A stretch of 64,000 nt of DNA. Source: a virus. Lineage: Duplodnaviria; Caudoviricetes. The notes beneath the pieces are model-generated. The model was not told the DNA's origin. It made no database searches and saw only the letters and a list, made by a program, of their open reading frames with translations. The position numbers were made by a program, and so were the translations under genes. Each line of letters begins with the position of its first letter. Position 1 is the first letter of the stretch. Where the stretch lies: the IMG/VR virus record IMGVR_UViG_2823592041_000002, positions 72,880 through 136,879 of that record. One strand, given 5' to 3'. Below, piece by piece: positions 56,289 to 64,000 of this stretch.

Positions 56289-56447
56289 ATGATCAACCCA
56301 CCAGAAATAGTAAATTTCATATATAGTTCGAACCCATATTATCGCAGAAGAAAAGTCGAAAAAGTTACAAAATCTAAGAAAAATGACAACTATTTCGCAC
56401 CAAAAGATACTTGGGAACCGAGTGAGGAATATAGGAAGTTGAAATAA
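56289..56447 (+). CDS. Small basic hypothetical protein (52 aa), absent from the ORF track
   Basis: GGAG SD; TTGACA(56237)-N18-TATAAT upstream. Confidence 0.55.
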   Translation: MINPPEIVNFIYSSNPYYRRRKVEKVTKSKKNDNYFAPKDTWEPSEEYRKLK

Positions 56448-56583
56448 TCAACATTTTGTATGCCTTTTACAAAATATTACTAAAATATTACATTTTTGTA
56501 AAAAAATTACATTTTAAATATATTAATAAATATATATTGGGGTATAACGCTCTCTAGTAAAGTTTTTTAAAAAAAGGTAAAAT

Positions 56584-56970
56584 ATGAGTAAATATTCAGT
56601 AAAAAAGTACTACATTCAAAATGATTTGGAAAGTATGTGGAATAGAATACAAAACAGTTCATATGTTGACCATAGAGATAGTATGTTCAGTTGGTTGAAA
56701 ATCATGGAAAATGGGGAGATGTTCAAGGTAACTTCTGACATTCACCACCTTATAATCAATTCGGAAAGATTGTCTGATGAAGATAGACTGGAAGATGAAA
56801 GATTATATGAATCTGATATGGGTAATAATCATTTCAGAGTCCCTGTAATAATCAAAAATTCAAAAGGTGATATGGTTCTATTATTTGGTGGTGTACATTT
56901 AGAAAAGATGATGCATGAGAACGGAAGTTGTAAAGTCTGGATAGTCAAAAGAGAACGGTGGAAGGAATGA
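56584..56970 (+). CDS. Hypothetical protein
   Basis: 128-aa ORF, AAGG SD. Confidence 0.6.
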   Translation: MSKYSVKKYYIQNDLESMWNRIQNSSYVDHRDSMFSWLKIMENGEMFKVTSDIHHLIINSERLSDEDRLEDERLYESDMGNNHFRVPVIIKNSKGDMVLLFGGVHLEKMMHENGSCKVWIVKRERWKE

Positions 56971-57194
56971 AACACTCACCAAAAGATGTGACCATTCAAT
57001 ACTGTAAAGAATCGGGATGTCCAGTCCAGAAATCAATAGATAATCATAGAGCACAATGCGGCCCAGAATCTGATATCAAATTAATAAAAGATGCGTATTG
57101 TGTGAGATGTGATGTATACAAAATGAGAAAGTGGTTGGAGAGAAAGAACATAGTCATGAGTCAAGAAGATGATGATCCAACAAGATTTATGTAA
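56958..57194 (+). CDS. Small Cys-rich hypothetical protein
   Basis: C...GCP, C, CVRC. Confidence 0.55.
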   Translation: MEGMKHSPKDVTIQYCKESGCPVQKSIDNHRAQCGPESDIKLIKDAYCVRCDVYKMRKWLERKNIVMSQEDDDPTRFM

Positions 57195-57208
57195 TTATAA
57201 ATAGAGTT

Positions 57209-57607
57209 ATGAACAGAAGATATAAAATAAAAAACTTTCTAAATGAAGATGTTGAACAAGTTGATGAAATCTTTTGGGGAAAGAAACGCAAATCAAAATA
57301 TCATGACGATGATGATTATGTTGAGACTGATGATAAAGAAGTTTATGCTGACGATTTGATAAGTTTTGATAAAAATAGAATTAAGAAGATAACAAGTGCT
57401 ATCTCTGCTTATGTTCGTAGATATACTACAAACTCAAAGGATAAAGAGGATACTGTGGAATTGCTTTTCAAACCCACTGTCCGATCATCTCTTGAAGATG
57501 TCAAGAAACAACTCTCAAAACTGAAAAATGTTCTGAAGATAAAAAGTATACAAGTGTTACACAGTCTAATCATAATCACTCTCAAAAACCAACACAAATA
57601 TTCATAA
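57209..57607 (+). CDS. Hypothetical late protein with capsid-targeting-like N-terminus
   Basis: TATAAATA at 57196-57203; MNRRYKIKNFLNE. Confidence 0.6.
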   Translation: MNRRYKIKNFLNEDVEQVDEIFWGKKRKSKYHDDDDYVETDDKEVYADDLISFDKNRIKKITSAISAYVRRYTTNSKDKEDTVELLFKPTVRSSLEDVKKQLSKLKNVLKIKSIQVLHSLIIITLKNQHKYS

Positions 57608-57879
57608 TGAATAAAGTAGATCCCAAATACAAATGTCTAGAACTGGAACCTGAACCAGATAATTCCTACACTCCAAGTTATTTTATAATTAAGTTGGTAG
57701 ATAAGAAATATTACCGAAGATATCAAAAAACCTTCTATAATTACAAAGATGCTTATGACTTCTATCTCGAAAGATTAGAGGAGAAGGAAAGTCTTTGGTC
57801 TGATGTCTGGATTATGGAAGTCAATAGAAAAAGAATCAACCCTGAGATGTATGCTGTTATGAGTGGGTTGTCTTATTAG
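57607..57879 (+). CDS. Hypothetical protein
   Basis: TAATG coupling with the previous gene. Confidence 0.55.
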   Translation: MNKVDPKYKCLELEPEPDNSYTPSYFIIKLVDKKYYRRYQKTFYNYKDAYDFYLERLEEKESLWSDVWIMEVNRKRINPEMYAVMSGLSY

Positions 57880-57887
57880 GGGTTGGT

Positions 57888-59609
57888 ATGGCTAAATCCG
57901 ATGACATTCTCAAAAATCTTGATGATATTCTTCCAAACTTTGCAAAATTCCTATCTAGGTATGGTACTGGGGATAAACAAGTTGCTGATTGGGATAAATC
58001 TTCGATGGTTGTTAAATCTAGTGGTTCGAAACTAATCTTAAAACCAAATATTAAAAAAAATGATAAAAGGGGTGCTTTTGCTAACGATATTAAAAATCAT
58101 TTTGTTGATAGTAGTGGTAAATTAATAGAGAAAAATATTAATGTAGATTTAATCGGAGAAACACTAATACTTTCTTCAACTTCTCAAACCAAACTTGAGA
58201 TTGATAACGAATTTAAAAGACCCCCAACAACAGAATCCAAAAATGCTCCAACTTTTTATATTAAAGTTTTCGAAATAAGAGATAATCGTCGTTTGACTAA
58301 TCCAATGTTCACTTTTGCTATTGTGCCGAAAGCTTCATCAAAAGGTGCTAAAAAACCAGACCCACATGAACTGATGACTGCTTGTTTAATTTTACTCGGT
58401 GAACCAGTGGATGAAAAATCTTTGAACAGTTCTGATAGTCTTCATGAAGATGTTAAAGTGATTGTTGATAAGTGTTACAAAAAAGCCTCTAAAGTTGGCG
58501 GAGGTTCTGGACTGGAAGGTTTCTATTTGGATAATTCTAAGGAAGACCCAGATTTGGTTAATTTTGCAAAAGCATATTCAGCTTCAAACTACATATTGAG
58601 TGTTTTACCTACAAACTATAGTGATCTGATGATATGGCAAACAGGTCAATCATGGGCAAATGAGATTAAAAAGTTTGCAGGAAATGATGAGATTAAAAAA
58701 GAAATCAAAACTTACAACTCCTCAGACATTGTGATTAGGTTTAGAACTGGTACAGGTTCAAATCAAAAAACTCATTTTTGGGGAATATCTCTCAAGAAGA
58801 GGGGTATGTCCAATATTAACACTGCTGATAAAGAACCAACATTGTTGAATAAACCAGTAATAGACCTCATTCGAAAATACACTCCATCAAGTGAAGTTAA
58901 AAAGATAGAAGATGCGAAACTAAAGTTCTTTAAAAACGCATTGAAAATAAAGTATAGTCAATCTAAAAAAAACACAATTGTTCCAAACTTGGATAGTTGG
59001 GATATGAAAAAAGTTTTAAAAGAGTGTGATGCGATGTTTTTCGAAAAAGATAAGGCTGCAATGTTGAGAGGTCAGGGTGAATATTCAAATAATCCTAACA
59101 TATACTTTGAAGAAATAGATAGAGTTTTTTTAGAATATTGTGGTAAGAAGAATATAGAACCTTTTTTTCATGAGTTTCTAGATTTAATTTTCAAAGTTGA
59201 TATGGACACTTATATTAATGACGGTAGATTTCATTTCAGTCTTATAACAGGAACTGGTGATTTTAATGCTAAAAAAGGGATGTTCATTTCAGAAAAGGCT
59301 TTAGAGAAATATGGTAAAACTACAACTTCTATTTTTAGAAAAATGCTTGGTAAGGAAAAAACAAAATATATTTTAATGAAGGATCCAAGTAAGAAAAATG
59401 CTTTTGAAAGAGGATCAACAGCAGCTAAGTTGTTTTATATTTTGAAATTAAACAATGTTTCAATAGTTGACATAGAAGTTAGATATAAAGGATCCTTAAC
59501 TGCCCAACCACAATTTCAAGTTTTTATGTCAGTTCGAAAACCTAATTTTTCAAGGTTATATAAAAAGTATGCTGGAATGTTTATGAAAGGTAAAAATAGA
59601 TGGGACTAA
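57888..59609 (+). CDS. Large hypothetical protein, possible PD-(D/E)XK-type nuclease fold
   Basis: PHELMTA (E), SSDIVI (D), GISLKK (S-x-K). Confidence 0.45.
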   Translation: MAKSDDILKNLDDILPNFAKFLSRYGTGDKQVADWDKSSMVVKSSGSKLILKPNIKKNDKRGAFANDIKNHFVDSSGKLIEKNINVDLIGETLILSSTSQTKLEIDNEFKRPPTTESKNAPTFYIKVFEIRDNRRLTNPMFTFAIVPKASSKGAKKPDPHELMTACLILLGEPVDEKSLNSSDSLHEDVKVIVDKCYKKASKVGGGSGLEGFYLDNSKEDPDLVNFAKAYSASNYILSVLPTNYSDLMIWQTGQSWANEIKKFAGNDEIKKEIKTYNSSDIVIRFRTGTGSNQKTHFWGISLKKRGMSNINTADKEPTLLNKPVIDLIRKYTPSSEVKKIEDAKLKFFKNALKIKYSQSKKNTIVPNLDSWDMKKVLKECDAMFFEKDKAAMLRGQGEYSNNPNIYFEEIDRVFLEYCGKKNIEPFFHEFLDLIFKVDMDTYINDGRFHFSLITGTGDFNAKKGMFISEKALEKYGKTTTSIFRKMLGKEKTKYILMKDPSKKNAFERGSTAAKLFYILKLNNVSIVDIEVRYKGSLTAQPQFQVFMSVRKPNFSRLYKKYAGMFMKGKNRWD

Positions 59610-59655
59610 ATACTTATATAATAATAAGACAATAATAACAATAACACTTTAATTA

Positions 59656-59680
59656 GTCCCATTCATTTGGGACACTTTTT
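59656..59680 (+). terminator. Probable Rho-independent terminator
   Basis: GTCCCA-TTCATT-TGGGAC then ACTTTTT. Confidence 0.55.
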
Positions 59681-59685
59681 ATAAG

Positions 59686-59883
59686 ATGCCAGACTTTCCA
59701 AGACATGTACTAGAAAACTTGAGACAAATCAAAAGAAGACTTCAAGCACTTCTGCCCGAAATAGAAAATGCACCGAACCTAAAGAAAGAAACAGAAGAAG
59801 TTAAAAAGGCAATCAAGACAATAACCGAAATACAAATAAAAGGATTACCAGTAACCAGAATTCTTAGGAATAGAAAGAAATGA
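59686..59883 (+). CDS. Small hypothetical protein
   Basis: First of a run of tightly packed small ORFs. Confidence 0.5.
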   Translation: MPDFPRHVLENLRQIKRRLQALLPEIENAPNLKKETEEVKKAIKTITEIQIKGLPVTRILRNRKK

Positions 59884-60113
59884 AAACAGAGATTGATAAA
59901 AACCTCCTATGTGAAATTCTCAAAACCACAGAAGAGATGAAAGTGTTGAGAAAAAAGATTCGAGAAAATGCAGAAGATATATCTGTGAAACTCGCAAAAG
60001 AAATACACGAACTGGAACAAGTACCCAACCCTACACCAAAACTACAGAAACTGATTCTATCCGCAAAATTCCTATTAAGGGACATAAACAGGATACCTAA
60101 ATACTGTGTGTAA
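59880..60113 (+). CDS. Small hypothetical coiled-coil protein
   Basis: ATGA overlap. Confidence 0.55.
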   Translation: MKTEIDKNLLCEILKTTEEMKVLRKKIRENAEDISVKLAKEIHELEQVPNPTPKLQKLILSAKFLLRDINRIPKYCV

Positions 60114-60116
60114 AGG

Positions 60117-60320
60117 ATGGGAAATATGAAACACGGCAAAAAAGCACAACAACAAAGAAGAAGATTCAGACTCAAAGTATTACATCATCCACAAAACATT
60201 TATCTATATGAAGAACTTATTGGGAAAACTGTCGAACAACTTAAAGAAATTCTTGAATCGCTTGTCGAAGAAGAATCCAAACTCAACGAATCAAAAACAG
60301 ATTCGGGAGACACTGAATAA
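60117..60320 (+). CDS. Small hypothetical protein
   Basis: Tight packing. Confidence 0.5.
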   Translation: MGNMKHGKKAQQQRRRFRLKVLHHPQNIYLYEELIGKTVEQLKEILESLVEEESKLNESKTDSGDTE

Positions 60321-60442
60321 GAATCTTATGTTTTTGGTTGGCATTACCATATTCAACCTGAGGACAATTGTTGAACACTTTCCAAATGATAAGCTTCTTG
60401 ATGCAATAGAAGTGTTAGAACAAATAAAGAAGGATAGTGAAG

Positions 60443-60601
60443 ATGATAACAATTGAAGATAACAAAGACGGAACAGTTAAGGTGTATTTGAAAAATAAAG
60501 AACCTATTACACTAACAGACGAAGAATTCGATAAACTCCTCAAAGAGACACTTGCTGAAGAATACCCAGATCTGGTGAAAGATTACTTAGATGAAATATA
60601 A
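60443..60601 (+). CDS. Small acidic hypothetical protein (52 aa), absent from the ORF track
   Basis: MITIEDNKDGTVKVYLKNKEPITLTDEEFDKLLKE...; AAGGA SD. Confidence 0.55.
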   Translation: MITIEDNKDGTVKVYLKNKEPITLTDEEFDKLLKETLAEEYPDLVKDYLDEI

Positions 60602-60609
60602 ACTCAAAG

Positions 60610-60816
60610 GTGTCAAACTTAAACAATTACAAGGAAGGAGACTTACAGATGTCATCAATACTAATAGGAACCCTACTAATATTAACAACGATAACTCTAA
60701 CAATAGTCAAAAGAAAAGTTAAGGTTCGTCGAAGAATACAAGCAAATGATAAAATCATTCGTGATATCATTGATAAGATCGAAAGATACGAACAAGAGAA
60801 AAACAAGAGCAGATAA
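60610..60816 (+). CDS. Small membrane protein (true start probably the ATG after AAGGAG)
   Basis: TM ILIGTLLILTTITLTIV followed by basic segment. Confidence 0.55.
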   Translation: MSNLNNYKEGDLQMSSILIGTLLILTTITLTIVKRKVKVRRRIQANDKIIRDIIDKIERYEQEKNKSR

Positions 60817-60995
60817 TGGTTCCAATCCTCATATTCATAATAATACTCTTATTGATCAATACACTTATCACCAATATCCAAGTGAAGAAGATAATGAAAA
60901 TATTGAATAATGAGAACCCAAATGAACTCAGAGATAAGGCCAAAAAATTCAAGAAAGAATACAAATCCTTTATAAAAAGATGGGGTAAATTCTAA
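60816..60995 (+). CDS. Small membrane protein (59 aa), absent from the ORF track
   Basis: MVPILIFIIILLLINTLIT...; TAATG coupling. Confidence 0.55.
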   Translation: MVPILIFIIILLLINTLITNIQVKKIMKILNNENPNELRDKAKKFKKEYKSFIKRWGKF

Positions 60996-61001
60996 AAACC
61001 C

Positions 61002-61037
61002 TTGACTTTCCTCCTTAGATAGTATATAATATAAATA
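61002..61037 (+). promoter_or_regulatory. Tandem sigma70-type and late promoter
   Basis: TTGACT-N17-TATAAT with TATAAATA at 61030-61037. Confidence 0.75.
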
Positions 61038-61052
61038 TAGAGTAAGGTAAGG

Positions 61053-61628
61053 GTGATCATGGAAAAGAAAACTATCAAAGACATATCAGAAATCCTTCAG
61101 GGTTTGAGAAATCAACAAATCTTAAAAGAAGAACATTCACCAGAGCAAATAAAAGAACATGCTCAAGCAATCACTAGTAAAATCATTGCTATATGGAAAG
61201 ACCTTTTCCCAACAGCAGGTGCAACTGCTAGAAGTTCTTCACTTGATAGTAGAGGAATGTCAAAAACAACTTTCATTCAATTCACTCTTGGTAGTAAGAA
61301 AAGTGAATTTGTTAACGGATATATTGAAAACGATCCATTGAAACTAAGTATCTCCATAATCACCCACCCCAAAACTGAAAAGATTGCTATTGAATACGAT
61401 AATGATTCAGTACACATAACCCCAGAGCAATCATATCTAGCATTTGGTAATCACAGGTTCAAACTAAGAAAACAAATGGCAAAAGATGAAAAAGCATTAC
61501 TCAACAAGGTCAAGAAAGATTTAACCAAGGTGAAAGAAGGCCTCCTGAAACTTTATAAAGATGGTCAGATGTCAGTACACGATAGAGAAGATAATCTCAA
61601 AGACATGTTGAAAAAGAAACTAGGGTAA
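61053..61628 (+). CDS. Hypothetical protein (possible internal head protein)
   Basis: Behind early/late promoters; ILKE-E possible cleavage site near N-terminus. Confidence 0.6.
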   Translation: MIMEKKTIKDISEILQGLRNQQILKEEHSPEQIKEHAQAITSKIIAIWKDLFPTAGATARSSSLDSRGMSKTTFIQFTLGSKKSEFVNGYIENDPLKLSISIITHPKTEKIAIEYDNDSVHITPEQSYLAFGNHRFKLRKQMAKDEKALLNKVKKDLTKVKEGLLKLYKDGQMSVHDREDNLKDMLKKKLG

Positions 61629-61633
61629 ACAAA

Positions 61634-62665
61634 ATGAGAAGATATAACATTGACAACTACTTAACTGAAATGTCTGCACCAGAAGCAGAACAACTATTCG
61701 GTCTGACTGACAGATACACTGCCGCAGACGTAAAGAAGATATGGAGAAAACTTTCCCTACAACATCACCCTGATAAAGGTGGATCAACCGAAATGATGAA
61801 AAAGGTCAATGCTGCATATGACCTACTCAAGAGTGGCGGAACAGTCAAGAAAATGTCCCAACAAGACAAGGCTGCCAAGTACTGGAAAAAAATCAATAAG
61901 AATAGAGATATTGCAAAGAAGCATATCGAAAAGGAATTTGACTCCTCAATATACGTCAAGCACCTAGAAACAGTAACTGGACTAAAGTTTGAAATAGATA
62001 ATGAAGAGATAGTTGTCCCAAATACTAGTCCAATAGTAATGCTAAAGGTTAGATTTAAATCAGTAAAAGGTTACGATACATTTGACCTTTCCCTTACAAT
62101 ACATATGCCCAGTCTAACACAAAGTTTATCAGGTCAGGATCAGAAAGAAGAATATGAAGTCACTTTCTCTGGCGATGCTATTCTAAGTGGTAAGAAATAT
62201 AAACTATACCATAGAAATAGGGGAATCAGGTACATCAACTCCCTAGACATATCAGATCCAGAACTACTCTTCCCAAAAGCAAAAATAAAAAGACACATGA
62301 AGACATCTTCTAAGAAATCATTAAAGAAAAGGGACGTAGAAGCATACTTCAGAACTGCCAAAAGAGCAAGAACGACATCTCAAGGTGATTACGCAATAGA
62401 ACTAAAAGATGAAGGAATGTATATAATAGTAACAAGACAAGTATTTATGAGAAAAGGTTTATACCGAATAGGCCTCTACAAAAGAAGAGGTCAGTACAGT
62501 TACGATGCAATCAATGAATATATTGCACTTGTTCCAGAAGGCCCAAACGAATTCCTAGAAATGTTAGAAGAACTCGGTAAATCAAAATCCACGGACGTAA
62601 TCAGAATCTTAAAAAAATACAAAAACAAGATAGAAGACATGCACGTAAGAGTAAGTAAACTATAA
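61634..62665 (+). CDS. J-domain (DnaJ-like) protein with capsid-targeting-like N-terminus and unknown C-terminal region
   Basis: MRRYNIDNYLTE; VKK.WRKLSLQHHPDKGGS.E.MKKVNAAYD.L (HPD motif). Confidence 0.85.
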   Translation: MRRYNIDNYLTEMSAPEAEQLFGLTDRYTAADVKKIWRKLSLQHHPDKGGSTEMMKKVNAAYDLLKSGGTVKKMSQQDKAAKYWKKINKNRDIAKKHIEKEFDSSIYVKHLETVTGLKFEIDNEEIVVPNTSPIVMLKVRFKSVKGYDTFDLSLTIHMPSLTQSLSGQDQKEEYEVTFSGDAILSGKKYKLYHRNRGIRYINSLDISDPELLFPKAKIKRHMKTSSKKSLKKRDVEAYFRTAKRARTTSQGDYAIELKDEGMYIIVTRQVFMRKGLYRIGLYKRRGQYSYDAINEYIALVPEGPNEFLEMLEELGKSKSTDVIRILKKYKNKIEDMHVRVSKL

Positions 62666-62670
62666 AAAAC

Positions 62671-62699
62671 TTGACATAATTCCATAAACCCTTTATAAT
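62671..62699 (+). promoter_or_regulatory. Sigma70-type early promoter
   Basis: TTGACA-N17-TATAAT. Confidence 0.75.
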
Positions 62700-62708
62700 A
62701 AGGCCATT

Positions 62709-63236
62709 ATGAAAAAAATCCAAAGACATGATTACGATGGTAATGATATCATATCCACTCGTACAATCACAATCAATCCAGTGGAATACACTCAAGAGAA
62801 CATGGAGAGATTGATACAAACCATTAGAGATAACCTGACACCTGATTTACTCAAGTTTAAGAGACTCAAGTACAAAGGTGACAGTAGATACTATGGACAT
62901 TGTTATCACTCAACACATGCGCTCTTTTTAATCCTCAACACAGATAGATTAGTACCCATGAGTGGAGAAGACTTCAGAGGAGAGAATCATTGGTGGCTTC
63001 AAGACAAAGAAACCCAAACAATATATGATTGCACTCCAGAACAATACTATATCAAAGAACAACAACCACCATATGACAAAGGAAAGAAATCATCTTGGTA
63101 TGGATGGAAGGGTAGACCACTAGTATGCACAATGAATCTAGTTAAAAGAGTTGCAATACACGAAAACATATTCTTAGATGATACAGAAACATTCGTAGAT
63201 CAAAATGATCTAAATAAATTTCTTAAAAGCTCTTGA
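62709..63236 (+). CDS. Hypothetical protein with Cys-His-Asp (papain/transglutaminase-like) triad pattern
   Basis: GHCY, HWWL, IYD.T..QY. Confidence 0.5.
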   Translation: MKKIQRHDYDGNDIISTRTITINPVEYTQENMERLIQTIRDNLTPDLLKFKRLKYKGDSRYYGHCYHSTHALFLILNTDRLVPMSGEDFRGENHWWLQDKETQTIYDCTPEQYYIKEQQPPYDKGKKSSWYGWKGRPLVCTMNLVKRVAIHENIFLDDTETFVDQNDLNKFLKSS

Positions 63237-63291
63237 CTTTCCGCCCCAATATTTGTTATACTGATCTTGTAGGTGAGAAAAGGAGATACAA

Positions 63292-63570
63292 ATGGAAAAG
63301 TATTTATCAGAAAAGTATGATTACTTCAACATCGAACTACCAAAGACTGAAAAGATCTTAGATTGGAGAGAACACACAGTAATGTACTGGATAAGATTGA
63401 CTGAAGAATATTACAACAAAGTTAAATTAGACGAAACCAAAACACTCCTACTAGAAGAACTCAAGATGGAAGAAAACCCAGAGTACCTTGAGGACATCAT
63501 AGAAGGACTAGAGAAGGAAAACTTAATAACAATCAACGGAAACCTTATTAACATAGTGGAAGGGGTATAG
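63292..63570 (+). CDS. Small hypothetical protein
   Basis: AAGGAG SD; promoter TTGACT(63233)-N18-TATACT. Confidence 0.6.
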   Translation: MEKYLSEKYDYFNIELPKTEKILDWREHTVMYWIRLTEEYYNKVKLDETKTLLLEELKMEENPEYLEDIIEGLEKENLITINGNLINIVEGV

Positions 63571-63571
63571 A

Positions 63572-63772
63572 ATGGACAAGAAAACAGTATTAGCAACAGT
63601 ATGGCATACTATGTGGCACAGTTATTGTAAGAAGATGTATATTGATACACTATGGCATTTTACAGGAAAGGAGTATTACTTCGATGCTCTGAAACACTTA
63701 AAAAGCAAAGCAGTAGAGCACGGATACAAAACTAAATTCGGGAGAAAGTACATCTCCCTAGTAAAGGATTAA
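63572..63772 (+). CDS. Small hypothetical protein
   Basis: Tight packing. Confidence 0.55.
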   Translation: MDKKTVLATVWHTMWHSYCKKMYIDTLWHFTGKEYYFDALKHLKSKAVEHGYKTKFGRKYISLVKD

Positions 63773-63774
63773 TA

Positions 63775-63918
63775 ATGGATATAAAATTTAAAATCATAGA
63801 ACTAACGGACAAGTACCTATCCGCAAAGACAGAAAAGGAAAAGGAAGAGATCAACAACCAAGTAATCAAACTAGTGGAGAATAACAAAGAGGAATGCCTA
63901 AAGAAAGGATTAATATAA
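63775..63918 (+). CDS. Small hypothetical protein (47 aa), absent from the ORF track
   Basis: AAGGA SD; MDIKFKIIELTDKYLSAK... Confidence 0.5.
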   Translation: MDIKFKIIELTDKYLSAKTEKEKEEINNQVIKLVENNKEECLKKGLI

Positions 63919-64000
63919 TGGAAACTTTATCAATCAACGAATTAAGAAAAAGAGCTTCTGAATATGGTAATAGACTGAATCAATGCAGAACAAACAAAGA

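Noticed and set aside
56584-56970. ParB-like fold (VPVII...LLFGGVHL)
   Set aside because: The key DGxxR residues are absent; too weak to call
245-63596. Many short minus-strand and nested ORFs in the track
   Set aside because: All overlap well-supported + strand genes, lack SDs and recognisable motifs; they are antisense shadows
1-64000. Stop-codon reassignment
   Set aside because: Core genes are full length under the standard code and TAA, TAG and TGA all terminate genes

Overview
A 64-kb, AT-rich segment of a large T4-like (Tevenvirinae/Kyanoviridae-type) myophage genome; every credible gene is on the + strand. 1-19.2 kb is the canonical T4 core: gp21-22-23, gp3, UvsY, UvsW, gp55, gp47/46, gp45/44/62, RegA, Hsp20, gp43, UvsX, gp41 and a DexA-like exonuclease. 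The rest is accessory genes mixed with primase, class II RNR, a RuvC-like resolvase, RNase H, spanins, tail-fibre-like genes and one tRNA-Ala(TGC). Main leads: (1) a 19.2-21.4 kb regulatory cassette with two promoters sharing a 10-6-10 operator, a structured leader in three copies (two form an exact 60-bp direct repeat) and an unannotated ribbon-helix-helix gene beside a ParB-like gene; (2) a 21.5-27.1 kb late enzyme cluster (Rnl2-like KxDG ligase, HxGH nucleotidyltransferase, P-loop kinase polyprotein, RimK-protease fusion) carrying capsid-targeting-like N-termini and gp21-type cleavage sites, suggesting a virion-delivered repair/modification kit; (3) a phage-encoded proteostasis set (FtsH, HtrA, J-domain, Hsp20 with ROSE-like leader); (4) a SerB-aminotransferase fusion; (5) several apparently leaderless transcripts. 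All family calls come from motif recognition by eye; no database searches were run.
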